Shown here one piece after another: positions 36,252-50,939 of a stretch of DNA of 64,000 nucleotides; the first letter of the stretch is position 1, and each line of letters opens with the position of its first letter. The DNA is taken from assembly GCF_003018255.1 (NCBI RefSeq), contig NZ_CP027440.1. One strand, written 5' to 3'. The notes beneath the pieces were generated by a model that was given only the letters and a program-made list of their open reading frames with translations, was not told where the DNA came from and ran no database searches. This stretch comes from Escherichia coli (GTDB lineage: Bacteria; Pseudomonadota; Gammaproteobacteria; Enterobacterales; Enterobacteriaceae). A program made the position numbers and the translations under genes.

Positions 36252-37541
36252 ATGGAAACGACTCAAACCAGCACGATTGCGTCGAAAGACTCTCGTAGTG
36301 CCTGGCGCAAGACAGACACCATGTGGATGCTGGGCCTTTACGGCACGGCAATCGGCGCGGGCGTGCTGTTCCTGCCAATCAACGCCGGTGTTGGCGGTAT
36401 GATCCCGCTGATCATCATGGCTATCCTTGCGTTCCCGATGACATTTTTTGCTCACCGCGGTCTGACTCGCTTCGTACTGTCTGGTAAAAACCCGGGCGAA
36501 GACATCACCGAGGTTGTAGAAGAACACTTTGGTATTGGCGCAGGTAAACTGATTACCCTGCTCTACTTCTTCGCTATCTACCCGATTCTGCTGGTTTATA
36601 GCGTGGCAATCACCAATACAGTTGAAAGCTTCATGTCTCACCAGCTGGGTATGACACCACCGCCGCGTGCGATTCTGTCGCTGATCCTGATCGTGGGTAT
36701 GATGACCATCGTTCGCTTCGGTGAGCAGATGATCGTTAAAGCGATGAGTATTCTGGTATTCCCGTTTGTTGGCGTACTGATGCTGCTGGCTCTGTACCTG
36801 ATCCCGCAGTGGAACGGCGCAGCACTGGAAACGCTGTCTCTGGACACTGCATCTGCAACCGGAAACGGTCTTTGGATGACCCTGTGGCTGGCAATTCCGG
36901 TAATGGTGTTCTCGTTCAACCACTCTCCGATCATCTCTTCTTTCGCCGTTGCGAAGCGTGAAGAGTACGGCGATATGGCAGAACAGAAATGCTCGAAGAT
37001 CCTGGCATTCGCACACATCATGATGGTGCTGACCGTAATGTTCTTCGTCTTCAGCTGTGTACTGAGCCTGACTCCAGCAGACCTGGCTGCGGCTAAAGAG
37101 CAGAACATCTCGATTCTGTCTTACCTGGCTAACCACTTTAACGCGCCGATCATCGCGTGGATGGCTCCGATTATCGCGATTATCGCTATCACCAAATCCT
37201 TCCTCGGCCACTACCTGGGCGCACGTGAAGGCTTCAACGGTATGGTGATTAAATCTCTGCGTGGTAAAGGTAAGTCTATCGAAATCAACAAGCTGAACCG
37301 TATCACTGCGCTGTTCATGCTGGTAACGACCTGGATTGTTGCCACCCTGAACCCGAGCATCCTGGGTATGATTGAAACCCTGGGCGGCCCAATCATCGCG
37401 ATGATCCTGTTCCTGATGCCGATGTACGCAATTCAGAAAGTACCGGCAATGCGTAAGTACAGCGGTCACATCAGCAACGTATTCGTTGTCGTGATGGGTC
37501 TGATTGCAATCTCCGCAATCTTCTACTCTCTGTTCAGCTAA
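36252..37541 (+). CDS. sdaC: Serine:H+ symporter
   Basis: 429 aa, [46 protein letters not shown]. Confidence 0.95.
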   Translation: METTQTSTIASKDSRSAWRKTDTMWMLGLYGTAIGAGVLFLPINAGVGGMIPLIIMAILAFPMTFFAHRGLTRFVLSGKNPGEDITEVVEEHFGIGAGKLITLLYFFAIYPILLVYSVAITNTVESFMSHQLGMTPPPRAILSLILIVGMMTIVRFGEQMIVKAMSILVFPFVGVLMLLALYLIPQWNGAALETLSLDTASATGNGLWMTLWLAIPVMVFSFNHSPIISSFAVAKREEYGDMAEQKCSKILAFAHIMMVLTVMFFVFSCVLSLTPADLAAAKEQNISILSYLANHFNAPIIAWMAPIIAIIAITKSFLGHYLGAREGFNGMVIKSLRGKGKSIEINKLNRITALFMLVTTWIVATLNPSILGMIETLGGPIIAMILFLMPMYAIQKVPAMRKYSGHISNVFVVVMGLIAISAIFYSLFS

Positions 37542-37598
37542 GTCCTTTCGCGCCGCTTTCGGGCGGCGCTTCCTCCGTTTTAACGCGATGTATTTCCT

Positions 37599-39832
<2,234 letters not shown>

Positions 39833-39848
39833 CGGCGTGCCGGATACG

Positions 39849-39878
39849 GCGCAAACGTCGCATCCGGCATTATCACAT
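39849..39878. repeat. REP-like palindrome between convergent xni and fucO
   Basis: gccggatacggcgcaaacgtcgcatccggc. Confidence 0.6.
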
Positions 39879-39886
39879 CAGCGCAT

Positions 39887-41035
39887 TTACCAGGCGGTAT
39901 GGTAAAGCTCTACAATATCCTCAAGCGTTGCTTCACGCGGGTTGCCACCGGTACAAACATCATCCAGTGCCGCCTGCGCCAGTGTCGGAATATCTTCCTT
40001 ACGTACACCAACATCACGTAAATGTGGCGGAATACCGACATCACGGTTGAGAGCAAACACCGCTTCAACAGCGGCATTACGCGCCTCTTCCAGGCTCATA
40101 CCTTCCACTTTCACGCCCATAACGCGTGCGATATCGCGGTACTTCTCACCGGTAAAGTCAGCGTTATAACGCATAACATGCGGTAACAGGATGGCGTTCG
40201 CAACACCGTGTGGCGTGTTGTAAAACGCGCCCAGTGGATGCGCCATACCATGCACCAACCCTAACCCAACATTCGAGAATCCCATACCCGCAACATACTG
40301 CCCGAGCGCCATTTCTTCTCCGGCATCCTTATCACCAGCAACCGATCCTCGCAGCGCCCCAGCAATGATTTCAATCGCTTTAATGTGCAGCGCATCGGTT
40401 AGCGCCCACGCGCCACGGGTAATATACCCCTCAATAGCATGAGTGAGCGCATCGACACCCGTCGCAGCTTTCAGCGCTGGAGGCATACCATCCATCATGT
40501 CAGCGTCAATAAACGCCACCTGCGGGATATCATGCGGATCAACGCAAACAAACTTGCGCCGTTTTTCTTCGTCAGTGATCACGTAGTTAATGGTCACTTC
40601 TGCCGCAGTACCTGCTGTGGTGGGGATTGCCAGAATCGGTACACTGGGTTTATTGGTCGGGGAAAGCCCTTCCAGGCTACGCACATCGGCAAACTCCGGG
40701 TTGTTGCTGATAATGCCAATCGCTTTACAAGTATCCTGTGGAGAACCGCCACCAATAGCGATCAGGTAATCCGCGCCGCTATTCTGGAATACACCGAGCC
40801 CTTCTTTGACGACAGTAATTGTTGGGTTCGGCACTACGCCGTCGTAAATCGCCCATGCCAGCCCTGCAGCATCCATCTTATCGGTCACTTTTGCCACCAC
40901 GCCGCATTGCACCAGCGTTTTATCGGTGACGATCAGCGCCTTCTGATAACCACGGCGTTTCACCTCATCGGTTAAAGACCCAACAGCCCCCCGACCAAAC
41001 CATGCCGTTTCGTTCAGAATCATTCTGTTAGCCAT
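39887..41035 (-). CDS. fucO: L-1,2-propanediol oxidoreductase (lactaldehyde reductase)
   Basis: 382 aa from MANRMILNETAWFGRGAVG; iron-containing alcohol dehydrogenase family. Confidence 0.95.
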   Translation of the reverse strand: MANRMILNETAWFGRGAVGSLTDEVKRRGYQKALIVTDKTLVQCGVVAKVTDKMDAAGLAWAIYDGVVPNPTITVVKEGLGVFQNSGADYLIAIGGGSPQDTCKAIGIISNNPEFADVRSLEGLSPTNKPSVPILAIPTTAGTAAEVTINYVITDEEKRRKFVCVDPHDIPQVAFIDADMMDGMPPALKAATGVDALTHAIEGYITRGAWALTDALHIKAIEIIAGALRGSVAGDKDAGEEMALGQYVAGMGFSNVGLGLVHGMAHPLGAFYNTPHGVANAILLPHVMRYNADFTGEKYRDIARVMGVKVEGMSLEEARNAAVEAVFALNRDVGIPPHLRDVGVRKEDIPTLAQAALDDVCTGGNPREATLEDIVELYHTAW

Positions 41036-41062
41036 CATCCTTCTCCTTGTTGCTTTACGAAA

Positions 41063-41710
41063 TTACTCTTCAATCCGTAACCCGTAGGTTTTGAATTTCT
41101 CCAGCACTACGGCAATCTCTTCATCGCTCAGCACTGGCACCGGGTCCGTAATCGCCAGGGTCGTCAGGTAAAGTTGTGCCAGCACTTCAACTTCATGCGC
41201 CAGCCATAACGCTTTCTCCAGATTCGCCTCACAAGCGATAAGCCCATGATGTTGTAACAAAGTTGCCTTACGATTTTTGAGAGCCAGCGCAACATGTTCA
41301 GAAAGTTCGCGTGTTCCAAAGGTCGCATAAGGCGCGCAAGGAATAGAATTACCGCCAGCCGCCGCAATCATGTAGTGAATCGCGGGGATCGGTCGGTTAA
41401 GAATGGAAACTGCCGTACAATGAACGGCATGATTGTGAACAACCGCGTTGGCATCCGGTCTGCTTTGATAGGCCGCCATATGGAAACGCCACTCGCTTGA
41501 GGGGAGTTTTCCTTCCTCATGTTTGCCGTTGCCATCAATAAAGACAATATGCGACTCCGTCAGTTTTTCATATGGAATGCCTGTAGGCGTAATCAGCATC
41601 CCATCCTGATAACGTACACTGACGTTACCCGCTGTCCCCTGGTTCAGTCCCAGGCGGGTCATTTCCAGGCAAGTGTCAATAATCTGACGAGCAAGTTTAT
41701 TTCGTTCCAT
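41063..41710 (-). CDS. fucA: L-fuculose-phosphate aldolase
   Basis: 215 aa, MERNKLARQIIDTCLEMTRLGLNQGTAGNVS. Confidence 0.95.
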   Translation of the reverse strand: MERNKLARQIIDTCLEMTRLGLNQGTAGNVSVRYQDGMLITPTGIPYEKLTESHIVFIDGNGKHEEGKLPSSEWRFHMAAYQSRPDANAVVHNHAVHCTAVSILNRPIPAIHYMIAAAGGNSIPCAPYATFGTRELSEHVALALKNRKATLLQHHGLIACEANLEKALWLAHEVEVLAQLYLTTLAITDPVPVLSDEEIAVVLEKFKTYGLRIEE

Positions 41711-42256
41711 TAGCTACCTCTCTCTGATTCAAAACAGGGCAATAATGTTGTTCCTTTCACACTATTGAATTAGCCGTTTAATTACCCACCATCTTCTTCC
41801 TGATTAACCAGAAAGAAATTCACAAGCTTATATTTTGTGACCTGGTTCAACTAATCACAGTAAATAACTGCAAGTTCTCTTTTTATAACCCTATTAAAAA
41901 TGACCGCTCTTAAAAATATTTATCAAAACGGTCATTTTTCCATTCCCCCTCGCCAGAAATGCCCGTTTTCGGCACAAACAATTAATACGGTCATCGGGTT
42001 TGTGTTTTTTATGATTTATTTTCTGAAACGGGCATGAAATTTCGATTATTAAAGTGATGGTAGTCACATAAAGTCACCTCCCAACTAATAAGTGTGACCG
42101 CCGTCATATTACAGAGCGTTTTTTATTTGAAAATGAATCCATGAGTTCATTTCTGACAGGCAAATATTCACTGATATGAAGCCCGAACTCGCTGGTTTTG
42201 CACTTTTGAAAACATAACCGATTACGTGCTTAAGCTTCTGAACCTAAGAGGATGCT
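41711..42256. promoter_or_regulatory. Divergent fucAO / fucPIKUR control region
   Basis: 546-bp AT-rich intergenic region between divergent operons; in K-12 it carries the FucR- and CRP-dependent promoters; individual sites not resolved here. Confidence 0.6.
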
Positions 42257-43573
42257 ATGGGAAACACATCAATACAAACGCAGAGTTACCGTGCGGTAGA
42301 TAAAGATGCAGGGCAAAGCAGAAGTTACATTATTCCATTCGCGCTGCTGTGCTCACTGTTTTTTCTTTGGGCGGTAGCCAATAACCTTAACGACATTTTA
42401 TTACCTCAATTCCAGCAGGCTTTTACGCTGACAAATTTCCAGGCTGGCCTGATCCAATCGGCCTTTTACTTTGGTTATTTCATTATCCCAATCCCTGCTG
42501 GGATATTGATGAAAAAACTCAGTTATAAAGCAGGGATTATTACCGGATTATTTTTATATGCCTTGGGCGCTGCATTATTCTGGCCCGCTGCAGAAATAAT
42601 GAACTACACCTTATTTTTAGTTGGCCTATTTATTATTGCAGCTGGATTAGGTTGTCTGGAAACTGCCGCAAACCCTTTTGTTACGGTATTAGGGCCGGAA
42701 AGCAGTGGTCACTTCCGCTTAAATCTTGCGCAAACATTTAACTCGTTTGGCGCAATTATCGCGGTTGTCTTTGGACAAAGTCTTATTTTGTCTAACGTGC
42801 CACATCAATCGCAAGACGTTCTCGATAAAATGTCTCCAGAGCAATTGAGTGCGTATAAACACAGCCTGGTATTATCGGTACAGACACCTTATATGATCAT
42901 CGTGGCTATCGTGTTACTGGTCGCCCTGCTGATCATGCTGACGAAATTCCCGGCATTGCAGAGTGATAATCACAGTGACGCCAAACAAGGATCGTTCTCC
43001 GCATCGCTTTCTCGTCTGGCGCGTATTCGTCACTGGCGCTGGGCGGTATTAGCGCAATTCTGCTATGTCGGCGCGCAAACGGCCTGCTGGAGCTATTTGA
43101 TTCGCTACGCTGTAGAAGAAATTCCAGGTATGACCGCAGGCTTTGCCGCTAACTATTTAACCGGAACCATGGTGTGCTTCTTTATTGGTCGTTTCACCGG
43201 TACCTGGCTCATCAGTCGCTTCGCACCACACAAAGTCCTGGCAGCCTACGCATTAATCGCTATGGCACTGTGCCTGATCTCAGCCTTCGCTGGCGGTCAT
43301 GTGGGCTTAATAGCCCTGACTTTATGCAGCGCCTTTATGTCGATTCAGTACCCAACAATCTTCTCGCTGGGCATTAAGAATCTCGGCCAGGACACCAAAT
43401 ACGGTTCGTCCTTCATCGTTATGACCATCATTGGCGGCGGTATTGTCACTCCGGTCATGGGTTTTGTCAGTGACGCGGCGGGCAACATCCCCACTGCTGA
43501 ACTGATCCCCGCACTCTGCTTCGCGGTCATCTTTATCTTTGCCCGTTTCCGTTCTCAAACAGCAACTAACTGA
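42257..43573 (+). CDS. fucP: L-fucose:H+ symporter
   Basis: 438 aa MFS. Confidence 0.95.
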   Translation: MGNTSIQTQSYRAVDKDAGQSRSYIIPFALLCSLFFLWAVANNLNDILLPQFQQAFTLTNFQAGLIQSAFYFGYFIIPIPAGILMKKLSYKAGIITGLFLYALGAALFWPAAEIMNYTLFLVGLFIIAAGLGCLETAANPFVTVLGPESSGHFRLNLAQTFNSFGAIIAVVFGQSLILSNVPHQSQDVLDKMSPEQLSAYKHSLVLSVQTPYMIIVAIVLLVALLIMLTKFPALQSDNHSDAKQGSFSASLSRLARIRHWRWAVLAQFCYVGAQTACWSYLIRYAVEEIPGMTAGFAANYLTGTMVCFFIGRFTGTWLISRFAPHKVLAAYALIAMALCLISAFAGGHVGLIALTLCSAFMSIQYPTIFSLGIKNLGQDTKYGSSFIVMTIIGGGIVTPVMGFVSDAAGNIPTAELIPALCFAVIFIFARFRSQTATN

Positions 43574-43605
43574 ACATATTTTCCGAATAAAGTGAGGAAT
43601 CTGTA

Positions 43606-45381
43606 ATGAAAAAAATCAGCTTACCGAAAATTGGTATCCGCCCGGTTATTGACGGTCGTCGCATGGGTGTTCGTGAGTCGCTTGAAGAACAAACAATGAA
43701 TATGGCGAAAGCCACGGCTGCACTGCTGACCGAGAAACTGCGCCATGCCTGTGGAGCTGCCGTCGAGTGTGTCATTTCCGATACCTGTATCGCGGGTATG
43801 GCTGAAGCCGCTGCTTGCGAAGAAAAATTCAGCAGTCAGAATGTAGGCCTCACCATTACGGTAACCCCTTGCTGGTGCTATGGCAGTGAAACCATCGATA
43901 TGGATCCAACCCGCCCGAAAGCCATTTGGGGCTTTAACGGCACTGAACGTCCCGGCGCTGTTTACCTGGCAGCGGCTCTGGCAGCTCACAGCCAGAAAGG
44001 CATCCCGGCATTCTCCATTTACGGTCATGACGTTCAGGATGCCGATGACACATCGATTCCTGCCGATGTTGAAGAAAAACTGCTGCGCTTTGCCCGCGCC
44101 GGTTTAGCAGTCGCCAGCATGAAAGGTAAAAGCTATCTGTCGCTGGGCGGCGTTTCGATGGGTATCGCCGGTTCCATCGTTGATCACAACTTCTTTGAAT
44201 CCTGGCTGGGAATGAAAGTCCAGGCGGTGGATATGACCGAACTGCGTCGCCGTATCGATCAGAAGATTTACGACGAAGCCGAACTGGAAATGGCGCTGGC
44301 CTGGGCTGATAAAAACTTCCGCTATGGCGAAGATGAAAATAACAAACAGTATCAACGCAATGCCGAGCAAAGCCGCGCAGTTCTGCGCGAAAGTTTACTG
44401 ATGGCGATGTGTATCCGCGACATGATGCAAGGCAACAGCAAACTGGCCGATATTGGCCGCGTGGAAGAATCACTTGGCTACAACGCCATCGCTGCAGGCT
44501 TCCAGGGGCAACGTCACTGGACCGATCAATATCCCAATGGCGATACCGCTGAAGCGATCCTCAACAGTTCATTTGACTGGAATGGCGTGCGCAAACCGTT
44601 TGTCGTGGCGACCGAAAACGACAGTCTTAACGGCGTGGCAATGTTAATGGGCCACCAGCTCACCGGCACCGCTCAGATATTTGCCGATGTGCGTACCTAC
44701 TGGTCACCAGAAGCAATTGAGCGTGTAACGGGGCATAAACTGGACGGGCTGGCAGAACACGGCATCATCCATTTGATCAACTCCGGTTCTGCTGCGCTGG
44801 ACGGCTCCTGTAAACAACGCGACAGCGAAGGTAAACCGACGATGAAGCCGCACTGGGAAATCTCTCAGCAAGAGGCTGACGCTTGCCTCGCCGCTACCGA
44901 ATGGTGCCCGGCGATCCACGAATACTTCCGTGGCGGCGGTTACTCTTCCCGCTTCCTTACCGAAGGCGGCGTCCCGTTCACCATGACTCGTGTCAACATC
45001 ATCAAAGGCCTGGGACCGGTACTGCAAATCGCGGAAGGCTGGAGCGTGGAATTGCCGAAGGATGTGCATGACATCCTCAACAAACGCACCAACTCAACCT
45101 GGCCAACCACCTGGTTTGCACCGCGCCTCACCGGTAAAGGGCCGTTTACGGATGTGTACTCGGTAATGGCGAACTGGGGCGCTAACCACGGAGTTCTGAC
45201 CATCGGCCACGTTGGCGCAGACTTTATCACTCTTGCCTCCATGCTGCGTATCCCGGTATGTATGCACAACGTTGAAGAGACCAAAGTGTATCGTCCTTCT
45301 GCCTGGGCCGCGCACGGCATGGATATTGAAGGCCAGGATTACCGCGCTTGCCAGAACTACGGCCCGTTGTACAAGCGTTAA
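43606..45381 (+). CDS. fucI: L-fucose isomerase
   Basis: 591 aa, [36 protein letters not shown]. Confidence 0.96.
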   Translation: MKKISLPKIGIRPVIDGRRMGVRESLEEQTMNMAKATAALLTEKLRHACGAAVECVISDTCIAGMAEAAACEEKFSSQNVGLTITVTPCWCYGSETIDMDPTRPKAIWGFNGTERPGAVYLAAALAAHSQKGIPAFSIYGHDVQDADDTSIPADVEEKLLRFARAGLAVASMKGKSYLSLGGVSMGIAGSIVDHNFFESWLGMKVQAVDMTELRRRIDQKIYDEAELEMALAWADKNFRYGEDENNKQYQRNAEQSRAVLRESLLMAMCIRDMMQGNSKLADIGRVEESLGYNAIAAGFQGQRHWTDQYPNGDTAEAILNSSFDWNGVRKPFVVATENDSLNGVAMLMGHQLTGTAQIFADVRTYWSPEAIERVTGHKLDGLAEHGIIHLINSGSAALDGSCKQRDSEGKPTMKPHWEISQQEADACLAATEWCPAIHEYFRGGGYSSRFLTEGGVPFTMTRVNIIKGLGPVLQIAEGWSVELPKDVHDILNKRTNSTWPTTWFAPRLTGKGPFTDVYSVMANWGANHGVLTIGHVGADFITLASMLRIPVCMHNVEETKVYRPSAWAAHGMDIEGQDYRACQNYGPLYKR

Positions 45382-45489
45382 TACATGACTCTCTGATGTG
45401 ATGCCCGGTCGCTCCGGCTACCGGGCCTGAACAAGCAAGAGTGGTTAGCCGGATAAGCAATGTTATCCGGCTATATTGCAGGAGCGATT

Positions 45490-46908
45490 ATGAAACAAGA
45501 AGTTATCCTGGTACTCGACTGTGGCGCGACCAATGTCAGGGCCATCGCGGTTAATCGGCAGGGAAAAATTGTTGCCCGCGCCTCAACGCCTAATGCCAGC
45601 GATATCGCGATGGAAAACAACACCTGGCACCAGTGGTCTTTAGACGCCATTTTGCAACGCTTTGCTGATTGCTGTCGGCAAATCAATAGTGAACTGACTG
45701 ATTGCCATATCCGCGGTATCGCCGTCACCACCTTTGGTGTGGATGGCGCTCTGGTAGATAAGCAAGGCAATCTGCTCTATCCGATCATTAGCTGGAAATG
45801 TCCGCGAACAGCCGCGGTAATGGACAATATTGAACGGTTGATCTCCGCACAGCAGTTGCAGGCTATTTCTGGAGTCGGAGCCTTTAGTTTCAATACGTTA
45901 TATAAGTTGGTGTGGTTGAAAGAAAATCATCCACAACTGCTGGAACGCGCGCACGCCTGGCTCTTTATTTCGTCACTGATTAACCACCGTTTAACCGGCG
46001 AATTCACTACTGATATTACGATGGCCGGAACCAGCCAGATGCTGGATATCCAGCAACGCGATTTCAGTCCGCAAATTTTACAAGCCACCGGTATTCCACG
46101 CCGACTCTTCCCTCGTCTGGTGGAAGCGGGTGAACAGATTGGTACGCTACAGAACAGCGCCGCAGCAATGCTCGGCTTACCCGTTGGCATACCGGTGATT
46201 TCCGCAGGTCACGATACCCAGTTCGCCCTTTTTGGCGCTGGTGCCGAACAAAATGAACCCGTGCTCTCTTCCGGTACATGGGAAATTTTAATGGTCCGCA
46301 GCGCCCAGGTTGATACTTCGCTGTTAAGTCAGTACGCCGGTTCTACTTGCGAACTGGATAGCCAGGCAGGGTTGTATAACCCAGGTATGCAATGGCTGGC
46401 ATCCGGCGTGCTGGAATGGGTGAGAAAACTGTTCTGGACAGCTGAAACTCCCTGGCAAATATTGATTGAAGAAGCTCGCCTGATCGCGCCTGGCGCAGAT
46501 GGAGTGAAAATGCAGTGTGATTTATTGTCGTGCCAGAACGCTGGCTGGCAAGGCGTAACGCTTAATACCACGCGGGGGCATTTCTATCGCGCGGCGCTGG
46601 AAGGGTTAACCACGCAATTACAGCGCAATCTACAGATGCTGGAAAAAATCGGGCACTTTAAAGCCTCTGAATTATTGTTAGTCGGCGGAGGAAGTCGCAA
46701 CACATTGTGGAATCAGATTAAAGCCAATATGCTTGATATTCCGGTAAAAGTTCTCGACGATGCCGAAACGACCGTCGCAGGAGCTGCGCTGTTTGGTTGG
46801 TATGGCGTAGGGGAATTTAACAGTCCGGAAGAAGCCCGCGCGCAGATTCATTATCAGTACCGTTATTTCTACCCGCAAACTGAACCTGAATTTATAGAGG
46901 AGGTGTGA
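45490..46908 (+). CDS. fucK: L-fuculokinase
   Basis: FGGY kinase; start placed at [17 protein letters not shown] (472 aa); the upstream in-frame ATG at 45460 is an alternative start. Confidence 0.9.
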
Positions 46909-46909
46909 A

Positions 46910-47332
46910 ATGCTGAAAACAATTTCGCCGTTAATTTCTCCCGAACTATTGAAAGTGCTGGCAGAGATGGGGCATGGAGATGAAATTATTTTTTCCGATG
47001 CTCACTTTCCCGCCCATTCGATGGGACCGCAGGTGATCCGCGCTGATGGCCTGTTGGTGAGCGACTTGCTCCAGGCGATTATCCCGTTATTTGAGCTGGA
47101 CAGTTATGCACCACCGCTGGTGATGATGGCGGCGGTAGAAGGTGACACTCTAGATCCTGAAGTAGAACGACGTTATCGTAATGCGCTTTCACTACAAGCC
47201 CCCTGTCCTGACATCATCCGCATCAATCGTTTTGCGTTTTATGAACGGGCACAAAAAGCCTTTGCGATCGTTATCACAGGCGAACGAGCGAAGTACGGGA
47301 ATATTCTTTTAAAAAAAGGGGTAACACCGTAA
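46910..47332 (+). CDS. fucU: L-fucose mutarotase
   Basis: 140 aa RbsD/FucU family. Confidence 0.93.
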
Positions 47333-47389
47333 TCTCATACCGGTACGCCCGCATGACGCGGGCGGTTATCGAATGATGGGGTGAAAAAT

Positions 47390-48121
47390 ATGAAAGCGGC
47401 ACGCCAGCAAGCGATAGTCGACCTGCTGCTGAACCATACCAGCCTGACCACGGAAGCTCTCTCTGAACAGCTAAAGGTCAGTAAAGAAACCATTCGTCGC
47501 GATCTCAATGAATTACAGACGCAGGGTAAAATTCTGCGCAATCATGGGCGCGCTAAATATATCCACCGTCAAAATCAAGACAGTGGCGATCCCTTTCACA
47601 TCCGGCTGAAAAGCCATTATGCGCATAAAGCAGATATCGCGCGCGAGGCGCTCGCGTGGATTGAAGAAGGGATGGTAATAGCCTTAGACGCAAGTTCAAC
47701 CTGCTGGTATCTGGCACGCCAGTTGCCTGACATCAACATCCAGGTCTTCACCAATAGCCATCCGATTTGCCATGAACTCGGTAAACGCGAACGCATTCAA
47801 CTGATCAGTTCCGGCGGCACACTTGAGCGCAAATATGGTTGTTACGTCAATCCCTCGCTGATTTCCCAGCTTAAATCGCTGGAAATCGATCTGTTTATTT
47901 TTTCTTGTGAAGGGATCGATAGCAGCGGCGCACTGTGGGACTCCAATGCCATCAACGCTGATTACAAATCGATGCTATTAAAACGTGCCGCGCAATCGTT
48001 GTTATTGATTGATAAAAGTAAATTTAATCGTTCAGGGGAAGCCCGCATCGGGCATCTGGATGAGGTCACGCACATTATTTCTGATGAGCGCCAGGTTGCA
48101 GCTTCTTTGGTAACAGCCTGA
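47390..48121 (+). CDS. fucR: DeoR-family activator of the fuc regulon
   Basis: ORF 47381..48121 trimmed to MKAARQQAIVDLLLNHTSL (243 aa). Confidence 0.92.
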   Translation: MKAARQQAIVDLLLNHTSLTTEALSEQLKVSKETIRRDLNELQTQGKILRNHGRAKYIHRQNQDSGDPFHIRLKSHYAHKADIAREALAWIEEGMVIALDASSTCWYLARQLPDINIQVFTNSHPICHELGKRERIQLISSGGTLERKYGCYVNPSLISQLKSLEIDLFIFSCEGIDSSGALWDSNAINADYKSMLLKRAAQSLLLIDKSKFNRSGEARIGHLDEVTHIISDERQVAASLVTA

Positions 48122-48164
48122 CGGAAAGGATAGCAGGCCGGAAACGACGCCCCGGCCTTGCCTG

Positions 48165-49265
48165 TTATCGCTCGTCGCGACGACCACCCACCGCAGCCCA
48201 GATACGGCGGACGTGCACCGTCACTTCTTCGCGATCGTGATACAACTGCCGCGCCTGAATCTGAGCATTTATGCCATGTTCATCAAGCTGTGCCTGAATA
48301 TACGCCAGATTGTGTGACACTTCTTCGTAGCGTTTTTTCATCGGCAGTTTGAGGTTGAAAATGGTTTCACGGCACCAGCCATTAACCAGCCACTGCGCCA
48401 TCAATGCCGCAACTTTCGCCGGTTTTTCAACCATATCGCATACCATCCAGGAGATATTGCTGCGTGTCGGACGGAATTTGAAACCGTCTTCCCGCAGCCA
48501 CGTCACCTGTCCGGTATCCATCAGACTTTGCGCCATCGGGCCGTTGTCGACGGAATAAACCCACATGTTGCGCTTCACCAGTTGGTAGGTCCAGCCGCCT
48601 GGGCAAGCGCCTAAATCCACCGCCCACATCCCGTTCGCCAGGCGTTCATCCCACTCATCCGCAGGAATAAACACATGAAATGCCTCTTCCAGTTTGAGCG
48701 TGGAACGACTCGGCGCATCTGCCGGAAATTTCAGGCGCGGAATGCCCATATAGAACGGCGAATTATTGTTGCTGTATGAGTAACCGGTATAGCAGCAGCC
48801 TGGTGCAATAAAGAATACATGCACAACCGGACGCTTCGGCGTTTCATAGTTCGCCAGCACACCCGCATCGCGCAAGGCAGCGCGTAGCGGCACGGTGAAT
48901 TTACGGCAGAATTTCAGCAACTCTTTGCTTTCGTTGGTATCGGCAACTTCAACACGCAGTTCACCGCCCTTCTCTACTACACCCTGTAACATGCCGACAA
49001 TGGGGGTAATACGATCTTCTGGCGGCAAATGCTGCAGGAGTTCCCCCACCACAAACCACTGGCGGGCAAAAATTAATGAACTGAACGGCAGCTCACGGAT
49101 TAACTTATCGCCATCATCAGGTTGATAACATTCATAAATGACATAACCCGCATTCTCTTTCACGCGGGCAAAACCGAAAATTTCCCGCTGGCCGGCTTTA
49201 TCGGTAATTTCTGCGGCGCACTCTTTTTCAAAGCCCGGACGGCACAGCAATACAACCTTATTCAT
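48165..49265 (-). CDS. rlmM: 23S rRNA 2'-O-ribose C2498 methyltransferase
   Basis: 366 aa, [24 protein letters not shown]. Confidence 0.92.
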
Positions 49266-49653
49266 GACTTACGCCCTTGCGCTTTAAACGGATAGCACCA
49301 ACTAACATTAACGCCCAGCCCGCAAGGAAGCTCACGCCGCCAACCGGTGTGACAAACGCCCACAAACGCAGATGGGACAGCGCCAGGCAATAAAGGCTGC
49401 CGCTGAACAGCACCGTGCCTAACGCGAGGAAAACGCTACTCCAGTAAAACCAGATACTGATGCGACGCTGCATTGCCACCGCCAGACCTAAGATCGCCAG
49501 CGTATGAAACGCCTGGTATTCGAGGCCGGTCTGGATCCAGCCCATCTCAACGGCCCCCATGGTTTTACTTAACACATGCGCGCCAAAAGCGCCCAGAGCT
49601 ACAAAAATGAAGCCGCTAATGGCGGCGAAAATCAGCATAAAACGGCTGGTCAT
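49258..49653 (-). CDS. ygdD: DUF423 inner-membrane protein
   Basis: 131 aa with 4 predicted TM segments; overlaps the rlmM start. Confidence 0.85.
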
Positions 49654-49671
49654 GGTCGTACCCTACGTAAA

Positions 49672-50589
49672 TTATTGTTCATAACGAAAGCGGAATTTTT
49701 CTTGTTCAGCAGCGGCTTTCGCCAGGATCCATTGGCGAAAGGCGGCTATTTTACCCAGTTCTGCCTGGCTGTCATGACAAACCAGATAAAAAGCGTTTTT
49801 ACTGACCAGAACATCATTAAACGGGCAAACAAGACGTCCGGCCTCAATTTCAGATTGCGCCATCACGTTATTTGCCAGCGCCACTCCCTGCCCGTGGATA
49901 GCCGCTTGCAGCACCATGGCGCTATGGCTAAAAATTGGCCCTTGCTGAACGTTGATATGATTTAACCCCAACTGTCGGGTATATGTCTGCCAGTCACGAC
50001 GCGACGCATCATGTAATAACGTATGTTTAGCCAGATCTTCCGGGGTCTTCAAGGGTTTTTCGCCAGTCAGCAGTAGCGGCGAACACACCGGCAATAAATA
50101 TTCGGCGTAAAGTTTTTCCACCCGTAGCCCCGGCCAGTTGCCCCGACCATAAAATATCGCCACATCAACATCATCCGCCAGCTTATCTTCCTGACGATCA
50201 ACCGCCTGGATTCGAACGTCAATTCCCGGATAAGCTGAATTAAAGCTGGAAAGTCGCGGAACCAACCAATGAATGGCGAAACTGGGGAGTAAACTGACCG
50301 TCAACGCCCCCTTAGCGCTACGGGCCTGGAGTTTACGCGTCGCTTCGGTTAATTGCGAAAATATCTCTTTGATATCGAGGAAATAGCTTTGCCCTTCCTC
50401 GGTCAGCAGGAGTGAACGATTACGGCGGCGGAACAGTTTTAGCCCCAGAAAATCCTCAAGAGACTTGATTTGATGACTTACTGCGGCCTGGGTCACAAAA
50501 AGCTCTTCTGCTGCGCGAGTGAAACTTAAATGGCGTGCTGCGGCATCAAAAACTCGTAAGGCATTTAGCGGTGGTAATCGTTTAGACAT
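49672..50589 (-). CDS. gcvA: LysR-family regulator of the glycine cleavage system
   Basis: 305 aa, MSKRLPPLNALRVFDAAARHLSFTRAAEELFVTQAAVSHQIK. Confidence 0.95.
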   Translation of the reverse strand: MSKRLPPLNALRVFDAAARHLSFTRAAEELFVTQAAVSHQIKSLEDFLGLKLFRRRNRSLLLTEEGQSYFLDIKEIFSQLTEATRKLQARSAKGALTVSLLPSFAIHWLVPRLSSFNSAYPGIDVRIQAVDRQEDKLADDVDVAIFYGRGNWPGLRVEKLYAEYLLPVCSPLLLTGEKPLKTPEDLAKHTLLHDASRRDWQTYTRQLGLNHINVQQGPIFSHSAMVLQAAIHGQGVALANNVMAQSEIEAGRLVCPFNDVLVSKNAFYLVCHDSQAELGKIAAFRQWILAKAAAEQEKFRFRYEQ

Positions 50590-50717
50590 GGCTTTTAAAC
50601 TTTGATGTTAAATGAATTTAACAATTAGATTACACTATGTAACCTATTAGTTTTTTTAATCTGAGCCATTATAAATTGTCCGTTGAGCTTCTACCAGCAA
50701 ATACCTATAGTGGCGGC

Positions 50718-50923
50718 ACTTCCTGAGCCGGAACGAAAAGTTTTATCGGAATGCGTGTTCTGGTGAACTTTTGGCTTACGGTTGTGATGTTGTGTTGTTG
50801 TGTTTGCAATTGGTCTGCGATTCAGACCATGGTAGCAAAGCTACCTTTTTTCACTTCCTGTACATTTACCCTGTCTGTCCATAGTGATTAATGTAGCACC
50901 GCCTAATTGCGGTGCTTTTTTTT
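50718..50923 (+). ncRNA. gcvB: GcvB small RNA
   Basis: ACTTCCTGAGCCGGAACGAAAAGTTTTATCGG...GTTGTGATGTTGTGTTGTTGTGTTTGC (G/U-rich seed region) ending in the hairpin gcaccgcctaattgcggtgc plus T-run; divergent from gcvA. Confidence 0.93.
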
Positions 50924-50939
50924 ACCTTGCGATCGCGAA

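Noticed and set aside
43934-44473. 179-aa ORF antisense to fucI
   Set aside because: Antisense artefact inside fucI; Arg/Cys-rich translation
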